Below, piece by piece: positions 1 through 9,697 of a stretch of DNA of 64,000 nucleotides (position 1 is the stretch's first letter; every line of letters starts with the position of its first letter). Both the position numbers and the translations under genes were made by a program. The notes beneath the pieces were generated by a model. That model saw nothing but the letters and a program-made list of their open reading frames with translations. It was not told where the DNA came from and did no database searches. Location of the stretch: the NCBI GenBank assembly GCA_965218615.1, contig CBDCLH010000008.1, positions 497,846-561,845 of the forward strand, given 5' to 3'. The stretch is from Bryobacterales bacterium (lineage in GTDB: Bacteria; Acidobacteriota; Terriglobia; Bryobacterales; UBA6623).

Positions 1-1378
1 TGCTTTCTGCGGGCGCAAGAGGGCAGCGAGCGGAGCGCTCGCGCCTGCATGCGCTGGGCCGGCGCCGCCGTGGGTGTCGGCATTCTGTGCAAAGGGCTCG
101 TGGCCGCTGTGCTCCCCCTGAGAGCCGTCGGAGCCTACCTGCTGGCCGGTGGGAGCTGGCGTTCTCGAGACACCTGGCGGCGCCTTGGGTTGCGAGGCGC
201 CATGGCCATCGCCATCGCTGTCGCCGCTCCCTGGCACCTTCTCGCGATCCTACGTCATCCCCCCATTTTGGAGTTCACGCTGCAGAGCGGCCCGAGCCAG
301 TACCGCGGCTTCTTCTGGCGCTACTTCGTCAACGAACACCTATTGCGTTTCCTTGGGGCGCGCTATCCCCTGGATTAAGATCGGGTCCCGTTGCCGGCGT
401 TTTGGGCGGGGCATCTGGTTTGGCTCTTTCCGTGGAGCGGCCTGCTCGCCGCACATCCGCCGGCTTCAACTCGGAACAGCAGACCGCGCCGAGCGGACTC
501 GCCGGTTGATGCTGTGCTTCTGCGGCTTTACCCTGCTGTTCTTTTCGGCCTCGACCACCCAGGAGTATTACACCCTGCCCGCCTACGCACCCGCCATGCT
601 GCTGCTCGCCAGCACCGCGATAGCCTCGTCGCGATGGCTGACGATCGCTTGCAGGCTGGCCGGCTCCGTGTACGGCTTGGCATTCGCGGCCGCTGTCGTG
701 GTCCTGATCGCCGTGTGGCAGCTTCCGGCCGAAGGGGACATGGCGGTAGCGCTCACCAGCAATCCGGACGCCTACACGCTTGCGCTCGGCCACTTCCAGG
801 ATCTGACTCTCGAAGCGTTCGCGTATCTGCGGGGACCACTTCTGCTCGCGGTAGCCGCCTTCGCCATTGGCGTCACCGGGAGCTGGATGCTGTCGGGCCC
901 GCGCGCGGCCGCGAGCCTGGCCTGCGCCGCGGTGTTGTCCGTGCACGCCGCGCACTGGGCTAGGGCAGCGTTCGATCCCTACTTGTCTTCCCGGCCACTG
1001 GCCGACGCCTACCTGGGCTCTACTCCCGGAGAGCTGGTCTTGGACCACGAGTACTACGCGTTCTCCTCCCTGGCCCACTACACGAACCGGCCCGTGCTGC
1101 TGCTCAACGGAAGGAAAAACAACATCGAGTACGGCTCGCATGCTCCCGGCGCCCCGGACGTCTTCCTGGACGATGCGGCGCTGGTCGAACTGTGGCGCAG
1201 GGACGAGCCTGTCTACCTCGCAACGTACCGGCAGGACCGCTCCCGCTTTGAGGCCCTGCTAGGCAGCGAGCACGTCGAGGCGGTCGTTGCGAGCGGCGGC
1301 AAGATCCTACTCGCCAACAAGAACAGCGCCCCCTCCGACGCGGGACCGTCATCTTCCAATCCGAGCCCCGAGCGCTAG
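1..1378 (+). pseudogene. Glycosyltransferase family 39 (ArnT/PMT-like membrane glycosyltransferase). The 5' end is cut by the window edge and the gene is internally disrupted.
   Basis: Frame 1 is open from nt 1 (..[44 protein letters not shown]) and hits TAA at 376-378. The same frame continues [25 protein letters not shown]. The protein-like signal then moves to frame 2 around nt 440-470 (..RLMLCFCGFTLLFFSASTTQEYYTLPAYAPAMLLL.. to the stop at 1378). Confidence 0.7.
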
Positions 1379-1572
1379 GGTGGCCAGCGCCTAGCGGCTC
1401 TCACAACTCCCGGCGGGCGGGCGTCCGAGGGCCAGGCCCGGGAATGGGCAGACGGCCCCCCACACAAAGCCGATCCGGTCCAGTCCGCTATATTGAGAGG
1501 GGAGCCACAGGGCTGCACGGGCCCCGGGCCAAGCGTCCAGGAGACCGACTCGCGCTCTCCAAGGATCCAGCG

Positions 1573-1824
1573 ATGAAGAAAGACATCCATCCACAGAACT
1601 ACCGCGAGGTGGTCTTTCGCGACGTCACGACGAAGACCGAGTGGATCACCCGCTCCGTCGCCAAGACCGACAAGACAACCGAGATCGATGGCAAGCAGTA
1701 CCCCTTGTACGATCTCGCCATCTCATCGTCCTCGCATCCGTTCTATACCGGCAAGCGCAAGCTGGTGGACGCCGAAGGCCGCATCGAGCGTTTCAACAAG
1801 AAGTACGGCCGCAAGAGCAGCTAG
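1573..1824 (+). CDS. rpmE: 50S ribosomal protein L31, Cys-less (type B) form
   Basis: [36 protein letters not shown] at 1573 lies inside the listed ORF 1444..1824. No CxxC zinc motif is present. Confidence 0.9.
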   Translation: MKKDIHPQNYREVVFRDVTTKTEWITRSVAKTDKTTEIDGKQYPLYDLAISSSSHPFYTGKRKLVDAEGRIERFNKKYGRKSS

Positions 1825-1908
1825 CACTTACCCGTTCCGGAACCGCACTCTAGTTTGCGCACTCTTCCACCGCGGGGCGGCTGGGGATGGATATGTCGCG
1901 ACTGTCCC

Positions 1909-4197
1909 CTACCAGATTGTGCTGAGTCCGGCCGTGAAGCTGCGGCCCATTTCGGGGATGCGCTGCCTGGTGAATGGATTCAGCGAGTTGAGGTGCTCGT
2001 AATAGTACTTGTCACCGGCATTCTCGATCCCCAGGTGCAGAGCCGCGCCCTTCCACAAGTCCGATCCAAAGCGGACGCCGTGGAGCGTAAAGCCGGGTGA
2101 GGGCGTTTCCATCCGCGCCGCCGAGGTCCGCCGCTGGTCCCAGACGTTGCGCATCCCATATTCCGCCCAGAACCGCCTGGAGGGAGACAGGAAGCGGACC
2201 GCCGAGTCGACTTCCATGGGCGCGATGCCCAGAACCGGCTGGAACAACTCCCTGTCGTCCGCCATCGTCTTAGAGGCCTGCACGCGCAACTCGACGATGT
2301 CCATCGACCGGCGCACGCCGACATTCCAGCCCCGGAAGAACGCACCCTTGCCATTGACGTAGCGGAAGACTACCGGCGGGCTCAATGGCAGCCGCTTCGG
2401 CAGGGTCAGGTCAGGCAGGACCGTGATGTAATCCTCCAGGTTGCGTGCGTAGCCCCCGGCGTGGACGCGGAACTTGCCGACCTTCCACTCCAAGTTCAGG
2501 TCGCCCTGTAAGCTGGCCTCCGGACGGATTCCCGGCGTGCCCATGAACTCCGCGGCGACCTGGAAGCGTGTGCTGGGAAAGCGGTCCGAGTATCGTTCCA
2601 AGGCATTCGCCGTGCGGACCACACGGCCCACACCCCCCGCCAGCGTGAAGCCGCCTCCCAGGTCATAGCGCCCCGCCAAACTGAAGTTCGTGTGGGTCTC
2701 CCTGCGATTCAAATCCGTTCCGGAGTGCTGGCGAAAGAACTGGCTGGGCCGTCCGGCATCGCTGTGCACGAAATCGAACCGCACGGCAGCCTGGATCTCG
2801 CCTCGCTCGAAGCTGCGGCCAGCCTGGACGTACACACCCGTGTTGCGGAGCGATGTCCCCGCCCACACAGCGTCGCTGAAGAGCAGCATGCGGTTGCTCG
2901 CGCGCGCGATGAAGCGTTGGGCGTCCTGCTCCAGGCGAAACAGATCGAAGCCCGCCTGCACGCGCCAGGATTCGCCGGTGGAGAGTTCGACGCGCCCGGA
3001 TCCGCCCACCGTGTCCGCCTCGGCTGGCAGCGAGACGTCAAGCGCGAACGGCGGCCGCCGTCCCGGCATGTCCCGGGCCGTGGGCTTTTCCCTGTTGCTC
3101 ATGCGGTGGCTCTTCTTGTTGACGTACGCGTTGAACTTGAGCGCGGAGACCAGCTTGTCCGGCTGGGCCAGCCGGTAGCTCGCCCTCCAAGCGCGCAGCA
3201 GGAAGTGCTCGGCGGTCAGGAGCCTTCCCGGGTAGTCGACACCGGTCTGCTCGTCGTAGAAGCCGCCCAACAGAATCTCCTGCCCGTCAGACGGGTTGAA
3301 GCGCAGTTTGGCGCCCAGCTGGTGGGCGGAGGCATCGCCCGGTACGAGCGCCGCCGAAGGCCTGCCGCTGGCGCCGGCATCGTAGTCGTCCAACAGGTCC
3401 CCGGCTCCATGCAGGGTGAATCCGAAAGCGGAGTTGCCGGCATCCACGCGTGTTTGGCCGAGGCGTCCCGAACCGTTGCTCCGCCACCCCAAGCTCGCGC
3501 GGCCCGTCAAGCGCCAACCCTGCGGCCTGGGGATCGCGTCCGAGCGCACCAGAATCGCGCCCATCGCGCCGGCGCCCTCCGTCAGCGCATACGGGCCCGT
3601 GACCACTTCGACGCTGCGAACATTTCCGGGATCCACATGGCTCAGTTCCGAATCCATGCGAGCCGGGCCCGCCGCAAACGTCCGAGTACCGTCCACGACC
3701 ATCAACAGTTGGGTCTCGCGCAGGCCTTGCACCACGGGCTCGAAGTTGATCCCACCACGCCGCAGGACATGGACATGCGGTGCGGCGCGCAGGCTTTCGA
3801 CCAGGTCGGGTCTGGGCAAGCGATCCGGCTCGACCGCATCGACGGCGATCGGCGCCAGCATCTGGGGCGCCTCTTCCGCGATGTCGACGGCCTCTTGGAG
3901 GGGCGGCAACTCCAAGGAAACCGAGATCGACGGGCGGCCCCGTACCTTTGCCGTCGCGGTGCGGAACCCCTCGGCGGTCACCTCCGCGGAATCGGCTTCC
4001 TCCGCAAAGGGGGCCTCCCCTCCCGCCGAAGTCTCACCCCGCGCCAGGACCCTTCCAGACGCATCCAGAAGGACCACACGGGCCCCGGGCACGACGCTAC
4101 CCGTCGGATCGACGACACGAACGATCAACTCCGCCCGCGCCGCATGCGCAGCCATCAGCAAGAAACAGAGTGTCAGAACTCTCAACGGATACCTCAC
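1909..4197 (-). CDS. TonB-dependent outer-membrane receptor with N-terminal carboxypeptidase-regulatory-like domain
   Basis: Signal peptide RVLTLCFLLMAAHAARA, then ELIVRVVDPTGSVVPGARVVLLD (CarboxypepD_reg-like). Plug motif FEPVVQGLRETQLLMVVDG..VEVVTGPYAL. The C-terminal barrel ends ..GRSFTAGLSTIW. GTG at 4197 is preferred over the listed 4380 start. Confidence 0.85.
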   Translation of the reverse strand: MRYPLRVLTLCFLLMAAHAARAELIVRVVDPTGSVVPGARVVLLDASGRVLARGETSAGGEAPFAEEADSAEVTAEGFRTATAKVRGRPSISVSLELPPLQEAVDIAEEAPQMLAPIAVDAVEPDRLPRPDLVESLRAAPHVHVLRRGGINFEPVVQGLRETQLLMVVDGTRTFAAGPARMDSELSHVDPGNVRSVEVVTGPYALTEGAGAMGAILVRSDAIPRPQGWRLTGRASLGWRSNGSGRLGQTRVDAGNSAFGFTLHGAGDLLDDYDAGASGRPSAALVPGDASAHQLGAKLRFNPSDGQEILLGGFYDEQTGVDYPGRLLTAEHFLLRAWRASYRLAQPDKLVSALKFNAYVNKKSHRMSNREKPTARDMPGRRPPFALDVSLPAEADTVGGSGRVELSTGESWRVQAGFDLFRLEQDAQRFIARASNRMLLFSDAVWAGTSLRNTGVYVQAGRSFERGEIQAAVRFDFVHSDAGRPSQFFRQHSGTDLNRRETHTNFSLAGRYDLGGGFTLAGGVGRVVRTANALERYSDRFPSTRFQVAAEFMGTPGIRPEASLQGDLNLEWKVGKFRVHAGGYARNLEDYITVLPDLTLPKRLPLSPPVVFRYVNGKGAFFRGWNVGVRRSMDIVELRVQASKTMADDRELFQPVLGIAPMEVDSAVRFLSPSRRFWAEYGMRNVWDQRRTSAARMETPSPGFTLHGVRFGSDLWKGAALHLGIENAGDKYYYEHLNSLNPFTRQRIPEMGRSFTAGLSTIW

Positions 4198-4312
4198 CCA
4201 GAACTCCACACATCGATTGCGACCGACCGCCGTCCAGCGTTCCAACGCACACGGCGGCGGCGCATGTCCTCCGGGGCGCACGCCTAGGCAGCCCGTCAGG
4301 AGGAAAGCCAGC

Positions 4313-4744
4313 TCAGGTCGTGAGAGCCGTTCTGGGAGGGGGGACCGAGGGGGGATACGCGGCTGCGGGCAACGGGTCACGCGCGGTCACGGCCCACGAC
4401 GAGAGGTTGGACGGACTCGGCAGGACTGCCCACAGCGGAGCCAAGTAGGGCGGCTCCGGACTCCAGTGCAACGCGGTCTCGTCACCAGCGCAGCGTTTTT
4501 TTGCGCTGCACTTGGGCCGCGATTCCGACGCTTCTTGCGTACGATGGCACGCCGCCCCGGATTCGGCTGTTTCGACAGGCTGCGCCGCCGCCTTCAGCCT
4601 GCAGGCCTCCTGGCATTTCCGGATCGATCCGTACAAGGGGCATGCGCTTTGCGAGGGGGAAGCGATCGCCGCCGCGGCCTGCCACGGGAGCAGTATCAGT
4701 GCAGCCACCAGCGCGAGCGGACGATACTGGCGCAGACTTTGCAC
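4313..4744 (-). CDS. Hypothetical small secreted Cys-rich protein
   Basis: N-terminal signal-like PLALVAALILLPWQAAAA, with 6 Cys in the first 85 residues. It sits directly upstream of the TonB receptor. The C-terminal half is of low quality and there is no family match by eye. Confidence 0.3.
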   Translation of the reverse strand: MQSLRQYRPLALVAALILLPWQAAAAIASPSQSACPLYGSIRKCQEACRLKAAAQPVETAESGAACHRTQEASESRPKCSAKKRCAGDETALHWSPEPPYLAPLWAVLPSPSNLSSWAVTARDPLPAAAYPPSVPPPRTALTT

Positions 4745-5451
4745 GCACCCAGCCTTGTGGTCCTAGGATACGACACTGCAGCGTGCCTCACACCAAGGGC
4801 TCTGTTCTCAACGCCGCGACCGCTAACTCGGGATGGGCCGGTCCCTTCGCGCCTGCTCCTCTCCAATCCATCAAACCTTCCACTCTTCACGAAACGCCCT
4901 CGAAAACGAGATCCAGGGGCTTGGGCTCCGACCCGCGACTCCATGCAGGAACGAGGACGTTACGTGTGGCCGATGTGATGACCGTACGCGGCATTGTCGT
5001 CCAAGCACTCCGCGAAGTGGCGCAGAACGTTTGCGAGCGGTTGTGTTTCCTGCCGTTCTCGGATCTCGAACCACTCAGGTTGATCCTCTGAATCTCGGAC
5101 CTGAAGGCTGCACTGCAGGGTTCGACGCGTGCGTGGGCCCAACTCGGAATGGAACGTCGGGGGCGCGACGCGCACCCGGACAGTCGACAAGCTGTCAGAG
5201 GGACGCGCGACCCGGCACGCCAAGCCTAGGATGCAGAATCTCGTTGGCGCCGAGTGTAGCGCCTCGCGAGAGACCTGCGTGCGCGGGCGCCACGCAGCTC
5301 CCTGCTCCCCGCGCAACACTCTCCGCAATGCTCCAGCCCCGCTTTCCGTTTGAACGCGACCGACCTGTGGGTCCTCTGCTCCGGCCTCGGACGACTTCGC
5401 TCCAGACGGATTCTTGTGCAACACTCTTGGCGGGAGGATGCGCACGAGCTG

Positions 5452-5844
5452 ATGACCCGGCGTGACTGGATGACGGCGACCGCGCTCGCGTTGCAGGCCG
5501 CGGTCCCGCCGCACTCCGCCGGGCGCAAACCACAGGAACCGCAGGCCTTGCTCTTCGGCACCGTCTTCCAAGGTTCCTACCTGTCGTTGCCGGGCGCCAG
5601 GGTCGTTGCCTTCGACGAAGCCAAGCCGCGCAAGAAGTACAGGACGGTGACGAACTATCGCGGCGAATACAGGATCCGTGTGCCGGCCGGCGAGGCCACG
5701 TATGTCATCACCGCGACAGCCCCGAAGTTTGTCGAAGCGCGGCGCCGAGTACAGGTGTACGGCATCGACAAGACGACCGCGAACCTGATCCTCGAGCCCC
5801 GCAAACCGCGCAGGACCTCGGAAACCCGGGGAGAATCGCAGTAG
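5452..5844 (+). CDS. Small TAT-signal protein with carboxypeptidase-regulatory-like beta-sandwich
   Basis: MTRRDWMTATALALQAAV twin-arginine-like signal, then ..LFGTVFQGSYLSLPGARVVAFDE..YRTVTNYRGEYRIRVPAGEATYVITATAPKF. ATG at 5452 lies inside the listed ORF. Confidence 0.65.
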   Translation: MTRRDWMTATALALQAAVPPHSAGRKPQEPQALLFGTVFQGSYLSLPGARVVAFDEAKPRKKYRTVTNYRGEYRIRVPAGEATYVITATAPKFVEARRRVQVYGIDKTTANLILEPRKPRRTSETRGESQ

Positions 5845-5857
5845 GATAGGAAATACC

Positions 5858-6226
5858 ATGATCGTATCGCGTCGCCGCCTGATGCTGGCCGCCGCCACCC
5901 TGACGGCTCCGAGCGCCTGGCCGCAGTTCCTAGGCTTCGGCAAGAAGAAGAAAGAGAAGCCGTCGCGCTCGGTCAAGGGTCAGATCACCGACGAGTCCGA
6001 AGACGGCATTCGGGGCATCGTGCAGTTGAAGAACACACGCACCCTCGACGTCAAGTCGTTCCACACCACTGACGAAGGCGAGTACTACTTTCATGGGCTC
6101 GACTTGAACATCGATTATGAGATCAAGGCTCTGGCCGAGGGCAGGCGAAGCAGGACCCGCACGATCTCGAGCTTCGATAGCCGCACGGAACTGATCTACA
6201 ACTTCAAGCTGAAGTCCTCCGACTGA
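5858..6226 (+). CDS. Small TAT-signal protein with carboxypeptidase-regulatory-like beta-sandwich
   Basis: MIVSRRRLMLAAATLTAPSA signal, then VKGQITDESEDGIRGIVQLKNTRT..TTDEGEYYFHGLDLNIDYEIKA. It starts 13 nt after the previous gene. Confidence 0.7.
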   Translation: MIVSRRRLMLAAATLTAPSAWPQFLGFGKKKKEKPSRSVKGQITDESEDGIRGIVQLKNTRTLDVKSFHTTDEGEYYFHGLDLNIDYEIKALAEGRRSRTRTISSFDSRTELIYNFKLKSSD

Positions 6227-6370
6227 TCCGGGATTCGGACTCTCCGCGTCAGGGCCAGCGGCCGGAAAAGATCTCTCCAGCAGCCACCACCCGCGCGTGT
6301 GGCGTTACTATAAAGATGCTTCGCTATTGGGCTCGGCATCCGATCGGCGGGGCACGCGAGGAAGAGCACC

Positions 6371-7537
6371 ATGTACGACGCACGTCCAGTTCTGCACAAA
6401 GCCGTCTTCCTGATCGGAGTGCTGGCGTTTCTGGCCGTCGGATTCGCGCCGGCGCAGACGCAAGGTCCGATCGGCAAGCAGCCTCGGCGTCCCCTGCCCG
6501 ACAGAACCCGGCCCCCGGGAAGCGCGCCCGGTCCGGGTGAAGTTGAAGGGACGCAGCCCACCTTCCCGCCCATCGAGAGCCGTGCTCCGAGGCGAGCTCC
6601 GGAGCAGCAGCCGCTCTTCACCGCCGACACCAACGCCGTCACCGTCGACATCGCCGTGCTCGACGGCAAGGGCCAGTTCATCGGCAACATTCCCCCCGGA
6701 AACTTCCAGATCCTGGAAGACGACGTGCCGCAGAAGATCGTCAGCGTCGGCCAGACGCAGGCTCCGGCCACCGTCGCGCTGCTGATCGAGTTCAGCAACC
6801 GGTGGCAACAGTACTGGTCGGAGACCTGGTATCAGACCCTGACCGCGACCTACGGATTTGTGCAGACCCTGCGGCCGGAAGACTGGGTCGCCGTGATCGC
6901 GTACGATATGAGGTCGGAGATCCTGGCTGACTTTACCCAGGACCGCCGCGAAATCAACAACGCGCTACAGCGCCTACGTATCGCCGCCTACAGCGAGTCC
7001 AATCTCTTTGACGCCCTCACCGATACGGTCCAAAGGATGTCGGGGATCGAGGGCCGCAAGTCCGTCGTGCTGCTGTCCAGCGGCGAGGACACCTTCAGCC
7101 GGCTGAATTACGGCCAGGCGCGCAAGATCGTGCAGGAGGCGGGCGTCACCGTGCATGCGATCGGGCTGGGCCAGATGCTGAAGGAACTGCTGGATTCGTA
7201 CGGCCGTGTCGGCGGCATCACACGGATTGGCTGGCTGCAGGCCGAGAACCAATTGCGAACTTTCACCAAGGAGACAGGAGGCTTCTCCTTCTTCCCCCGC
7301 TTTTATGGACAGTTCCCGACGATTTTCCAGAGCTTGAACTACCTGATGCGCAACCAGTACACCGCCGTCTATCAGCCCTCGAACACCAAACGCGACGGCA
7401 CATTCCGCAAGATCACGGTGCGGCTCGTGAATCCCCAGACGAACAAGGAACTGCGCATCACCGGCAAGAAAAACAAGCGCATCAAGTACAGTATCGTCGC
7501 CCGCAGGGGCTACAGCGCCCCACGCGAGGTCGAATGA
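6371..7537 (+). CDS. von Willebrand factor A domain protein (acidobacterial VWFA-related type)
   Basis: Signal/TM helix, then FTADTNAVTVDIAVLDGKGQFIGNIPPGNFQILEDDVPQKI..VALLIEFSN..SVVLLSSGEDT..VTVHAIGLG..LRTFTKETGGFSFFP..YTAVYQPSN..FRKITVRL. Confidence 0.8.
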   Translation: MYDARPVLHKAVFLIGVLAFLAVGFAPAQTQGPIGKQPRRPLPDRTRPPGSAPGPGEVEGTQPTFPPIESRAPRRAPEQQPLFTADTNAVTVDIAVLDGKGQFIGNIPPGNFQILEDDVPQKIVSVGQTQAPATVALLIEFSNRWQQYWSETWYQTLTATYGFVQTLRPEDWVAVIAYDMRSEILADFTQDRREINNALQRLRIAAYSESNLFDALTDTVQRMSGIEGRKSVVLLSSGEDTFSRLNYGQARKIVQEAGVTVHAIGLGQMLKELLDSYGRVGGITRIGWLQAENQLRTFTKETGGFSFFPRFYGQFPTIFQSLNYLMRNQYTAVYQPSNTKRDGTFRKITVRLVNPQTNKELRITGKKNKRIKYSIVARRGYSAPREVE

Positions 7538-7668
7538 TCCATGGGAGACGCCGCTCCGGCGCCTACAGCACGGATTGCGCGATTTGTCAAGCTCTGGATT
7601 TCCCGCGATTCCAATAGCTTGCAACCGCGTTGACGAGTTTCTCGGCTCCTTGATAGCGTCTCCTTGCG

Positions 7669-8148
7669 ATGGGGAAGGAACGGGGCCGCCGCAGGATTCT
7701 CTTGATCGATGACAATCGGCAAGGCCTGATCGCAAGGAAGATCATTCTCGAGGACCTCGGATACGACGTCGAGACGGCCGAGACGGGCGAAGCAGGGCTC
7801 GCATGCTTCCGGGCCTGCGCCTCGGACGCACCGTTCAGCCTTGTGATCACGGACTACCGCATGCCCGGCATGCGCGGCGACGAGGTCATCGAGCAACTCC
7901 GCCAGCTCGCCCCCGCCGTACCGCTGGTCATGCTCTCCGGGTACGCCGGCCCGCTGGCGCTCACGCCGGAGTCGACAGGCGCCGACGTGGTGCTGGCCAA
8001 GGGCCCGCGCGAGCAATACGACTTGGCCGAGACGGTTGTCACACTGCTTCCCGACGGCGTGCGGAGACGAGGGAAGCCGCCCGCATTGGAACTGAACTCG
8101 GCGGCTGGGAAGCGCTTGGAAGCCCGCAGGCGTCGGCGGGCCGGGTGA
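7669..8148 (+). CDS. Stand-alone response regulator receiver protein (CheY-like)
   Basis: RILLIDDN acidic pocket, phospho-acceptor context LVITDYRMPGMRG, LVMLSG, VVLAKG. There is no output domain, only a basic C-terminal tail. Confidence 0.85.
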   Translation: MGKERGRRRILLIDDNRQGLIARKIILEDLGYDVETAETGEAGLACFRACASDAPFSLVITDYRMPGMRGDEVIEQLRQLAPAVPLVMLSGYAGPLALTPESTGADVVLAKGPREQYDLAETVVTLLPDGVRRRGKPPALELNSAAGKRLEARRRRRAG

Positions 8149-8184
8149 TACAATCGGGGCCGTCGCAAGGGCAGGCGAGAGGGG

Positions 8185-8883
8185 ATGACGAGGATCACTT
8201 GGCTGGGCCACTCCACGTTTCGTGCGGAAGTCGGCGAGGGTCCCACCATCCTGATCGACCCGTGGTTCACCGGCAATCCGTCCTACCCGCAAGGCTTCAG
8301 CCTGGAGCGCGTCGACCTGATGCTGATTACGCACGGGCATCCCGATCACATCGGGGACGTCCTGGCGGTCGCCAAACGTTTTCAACCCCAGATCGTCTGC
8401 AACTATGAGATCTCGCTCTGGCTGGGGTCCAAGGGCGTTGGCAACTGTGTCGGGATGAACAAGGGCGGCTGTCACCACACGGAGGGCGTCCGGATCTCGA
8501 TGACCCACGCGCAGCACAGCAGTTCCATTGCCGAGGACGGCCAACTGATCTACGCCGGAGAGCCAGCGGGATTCGTCGTGCGGCAGCCCGACGGACGGGC
8601 TTTTTTCCATGCGGGCGACACCAACGTCTTCAGCGACATGCAGCTGATCCGGCGCTTGTACGGACCCGAGCTGGCCTTCCTTCCGATCGGCGACCTGTTC
8701 ACGATGGGTCCGACGGAAGCGGCGCTGGCGTGCGAGTTCCTGCAGCCCAACATCGTCATCCCGATGCACTACGGAACATTCCCGGTGCTCACGGGGACGC
8801 CCGAGAAGCTGCGGGCTGAACTCGGCGAGGACTCTGCGGTCGTGGTGCCGACGCTCGCGCCGGGCGGCAGCTACGACTGGTAG
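8185..8883 (+). CDS. Metal-dependent hydrolase, MBL fold (UPF0173-like)
   Basis: MTRITWLGHSTF..ILIDPWF..DLMLITHGHPDHIGD..FHAGDT..IPMHYGTFP. Confidence 0.85.
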   Translation: MTRITWLGHSTFRAEVGEGPTILIDPWFTGNPSYPQGFSLERVDLMLITHGHPDHIGDVLAVAKRFQPQIVCNYEISLWLGSKGVGNCVGMNKGGCHHTEGVRISMTHAQHSSSIAEDGQLIYAGEPAGFVVRQPDGRAFFHAGDTNVFSDMQLIRRLYGPELAFLPIGDLFTMGPTEAALACEFLQPNIVIPMHYGTFPVLTGTPEKLRAELGEDSAVVVPTLAPGGSYDW

Positions 8884-8898
8884 GACTCTATCGGCTGC

Positions 8899-9330
8899 TC
8901 AGCGATTCGAGAGCCCTTCGTAGGTCTCGTCTTCGGCGGCCTCGGTCGTGACCGGGAGCCCTCGCGGCATCCAGCCGGGGTAGATCAGGTTTCCCATCCT
9001 GTCCGACTCCCCGTGGAACCCGCCGCGCATGTCGACGACATCGGAGAACCCGTTCTCGATCAGGATCTGCGCCGCCCGCATCGAGCGTCCTCCCTTCAGG
9101 CAGGCCGTGATGATCTTGGCATCCTTGCCGAGCGCCTGCTCGCAGACCGCCAGAAACTCGCCATTGGGCCGCATGCCCGCCGGCGTGCGGTGCAGCAATG
9201 GAACATTCTTCGCTCCGGGCGGATGCCCCGCCTCGAACTCGGGGATCGAGCGCACGTCTAGGTAGACGTAGCCCTCCTCGGCTTCCAAGAGGTCTCGGGC
9301 TTCCTCGGGTGAAATGCGTTGGAACTCCAT
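8899..9330 (-). CDS. Rhodanese-domain sulfurtransferase
   Basis: MEFQRISPEEARDLL..YVYLDVRSIPEFEAGHPPGAKNVP, with active-site loop ACLKGGRSMRAAQ (CxxGxR[ST]). ATG at 9330 lies inside the listed ORF. Confidence 0.85.
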   Translation of the reverse strand: MEFQRISPEEARDLLEAEEGYVYLDVRSIPEFEAGHPPGAKNVPLLHRTPAGMRPNGEFLAVCEQALGKDAKIITACLKGGRSMRAAQILIENGFSDVVDMRGGFHGESDRMGNLIYPGWMPRGLPVTTEAAEDETYEGLSNR

Positions 9331-9697
9331 GGCGCGTACCGCTCCACGCTCGCGCATCTGCGCCCCACTTGTCAAATCGTCGGTTTCGGCCCGCGGCCCG
9401 GCGCGCGCAAGCAGCCGCAAGAGAGTGGCCCTCGACAGGCGGGTGGATTGTGGATCGCATCACCGAAATTCACGGCGGAGCCCATGTCACTCGCGCATCG
9501 GACGAGGTGGCTGAGGGGACCCTGAGCAGCGATCCGGCGCCCACCAAGGGCCAAGCCGAGTCCGAGAAATTCCGCCTTCCGCCAAACAGGGACGGTTCTG
9601 AAATCGGACCTGCTGCGCGTCCAGAGCTTCCTCTCGAGGGCGGGCCGCCGCGTCGACCACGTCGGACCTCGTCTTGCCGCGACAAGTCCGACTCGCT

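Noticed and set aside
1444-1572. N-terminal 43-codon extension of the L31 ORF (and similar extensions of the tuf, rpoA, rpsH, rplW, rpsL and rplV ORFs)
   Set aside because: The conserved protein N-termini start at internal ATG/GTG codons. The upstream extensions are non-homologous read-through of intergenic or neighbouring-gene sequence.
2692-4287. 531-aa plus-strand ORF (and similar: 3416..4978, 7510..8769, 9470..10708, 20288..21772, 30295..31755, 31997..33343, 33360..34766, 36124..37518, 58976..60790)
   Set aside because: Each lies antisense to, or out of frame with, a gene that has clear family motifs. Their translations are Arg/Ala/Gly/Pro-rich with no motifs. These are typical spurious long ORFs of GC-rich DNA.
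4313-4744. Small Cys-rich protein as a c-type cytochrome
   Set aside because: No CxxCH motif is present. The only Cys-His (GAACH) lacks the upstream Cys.
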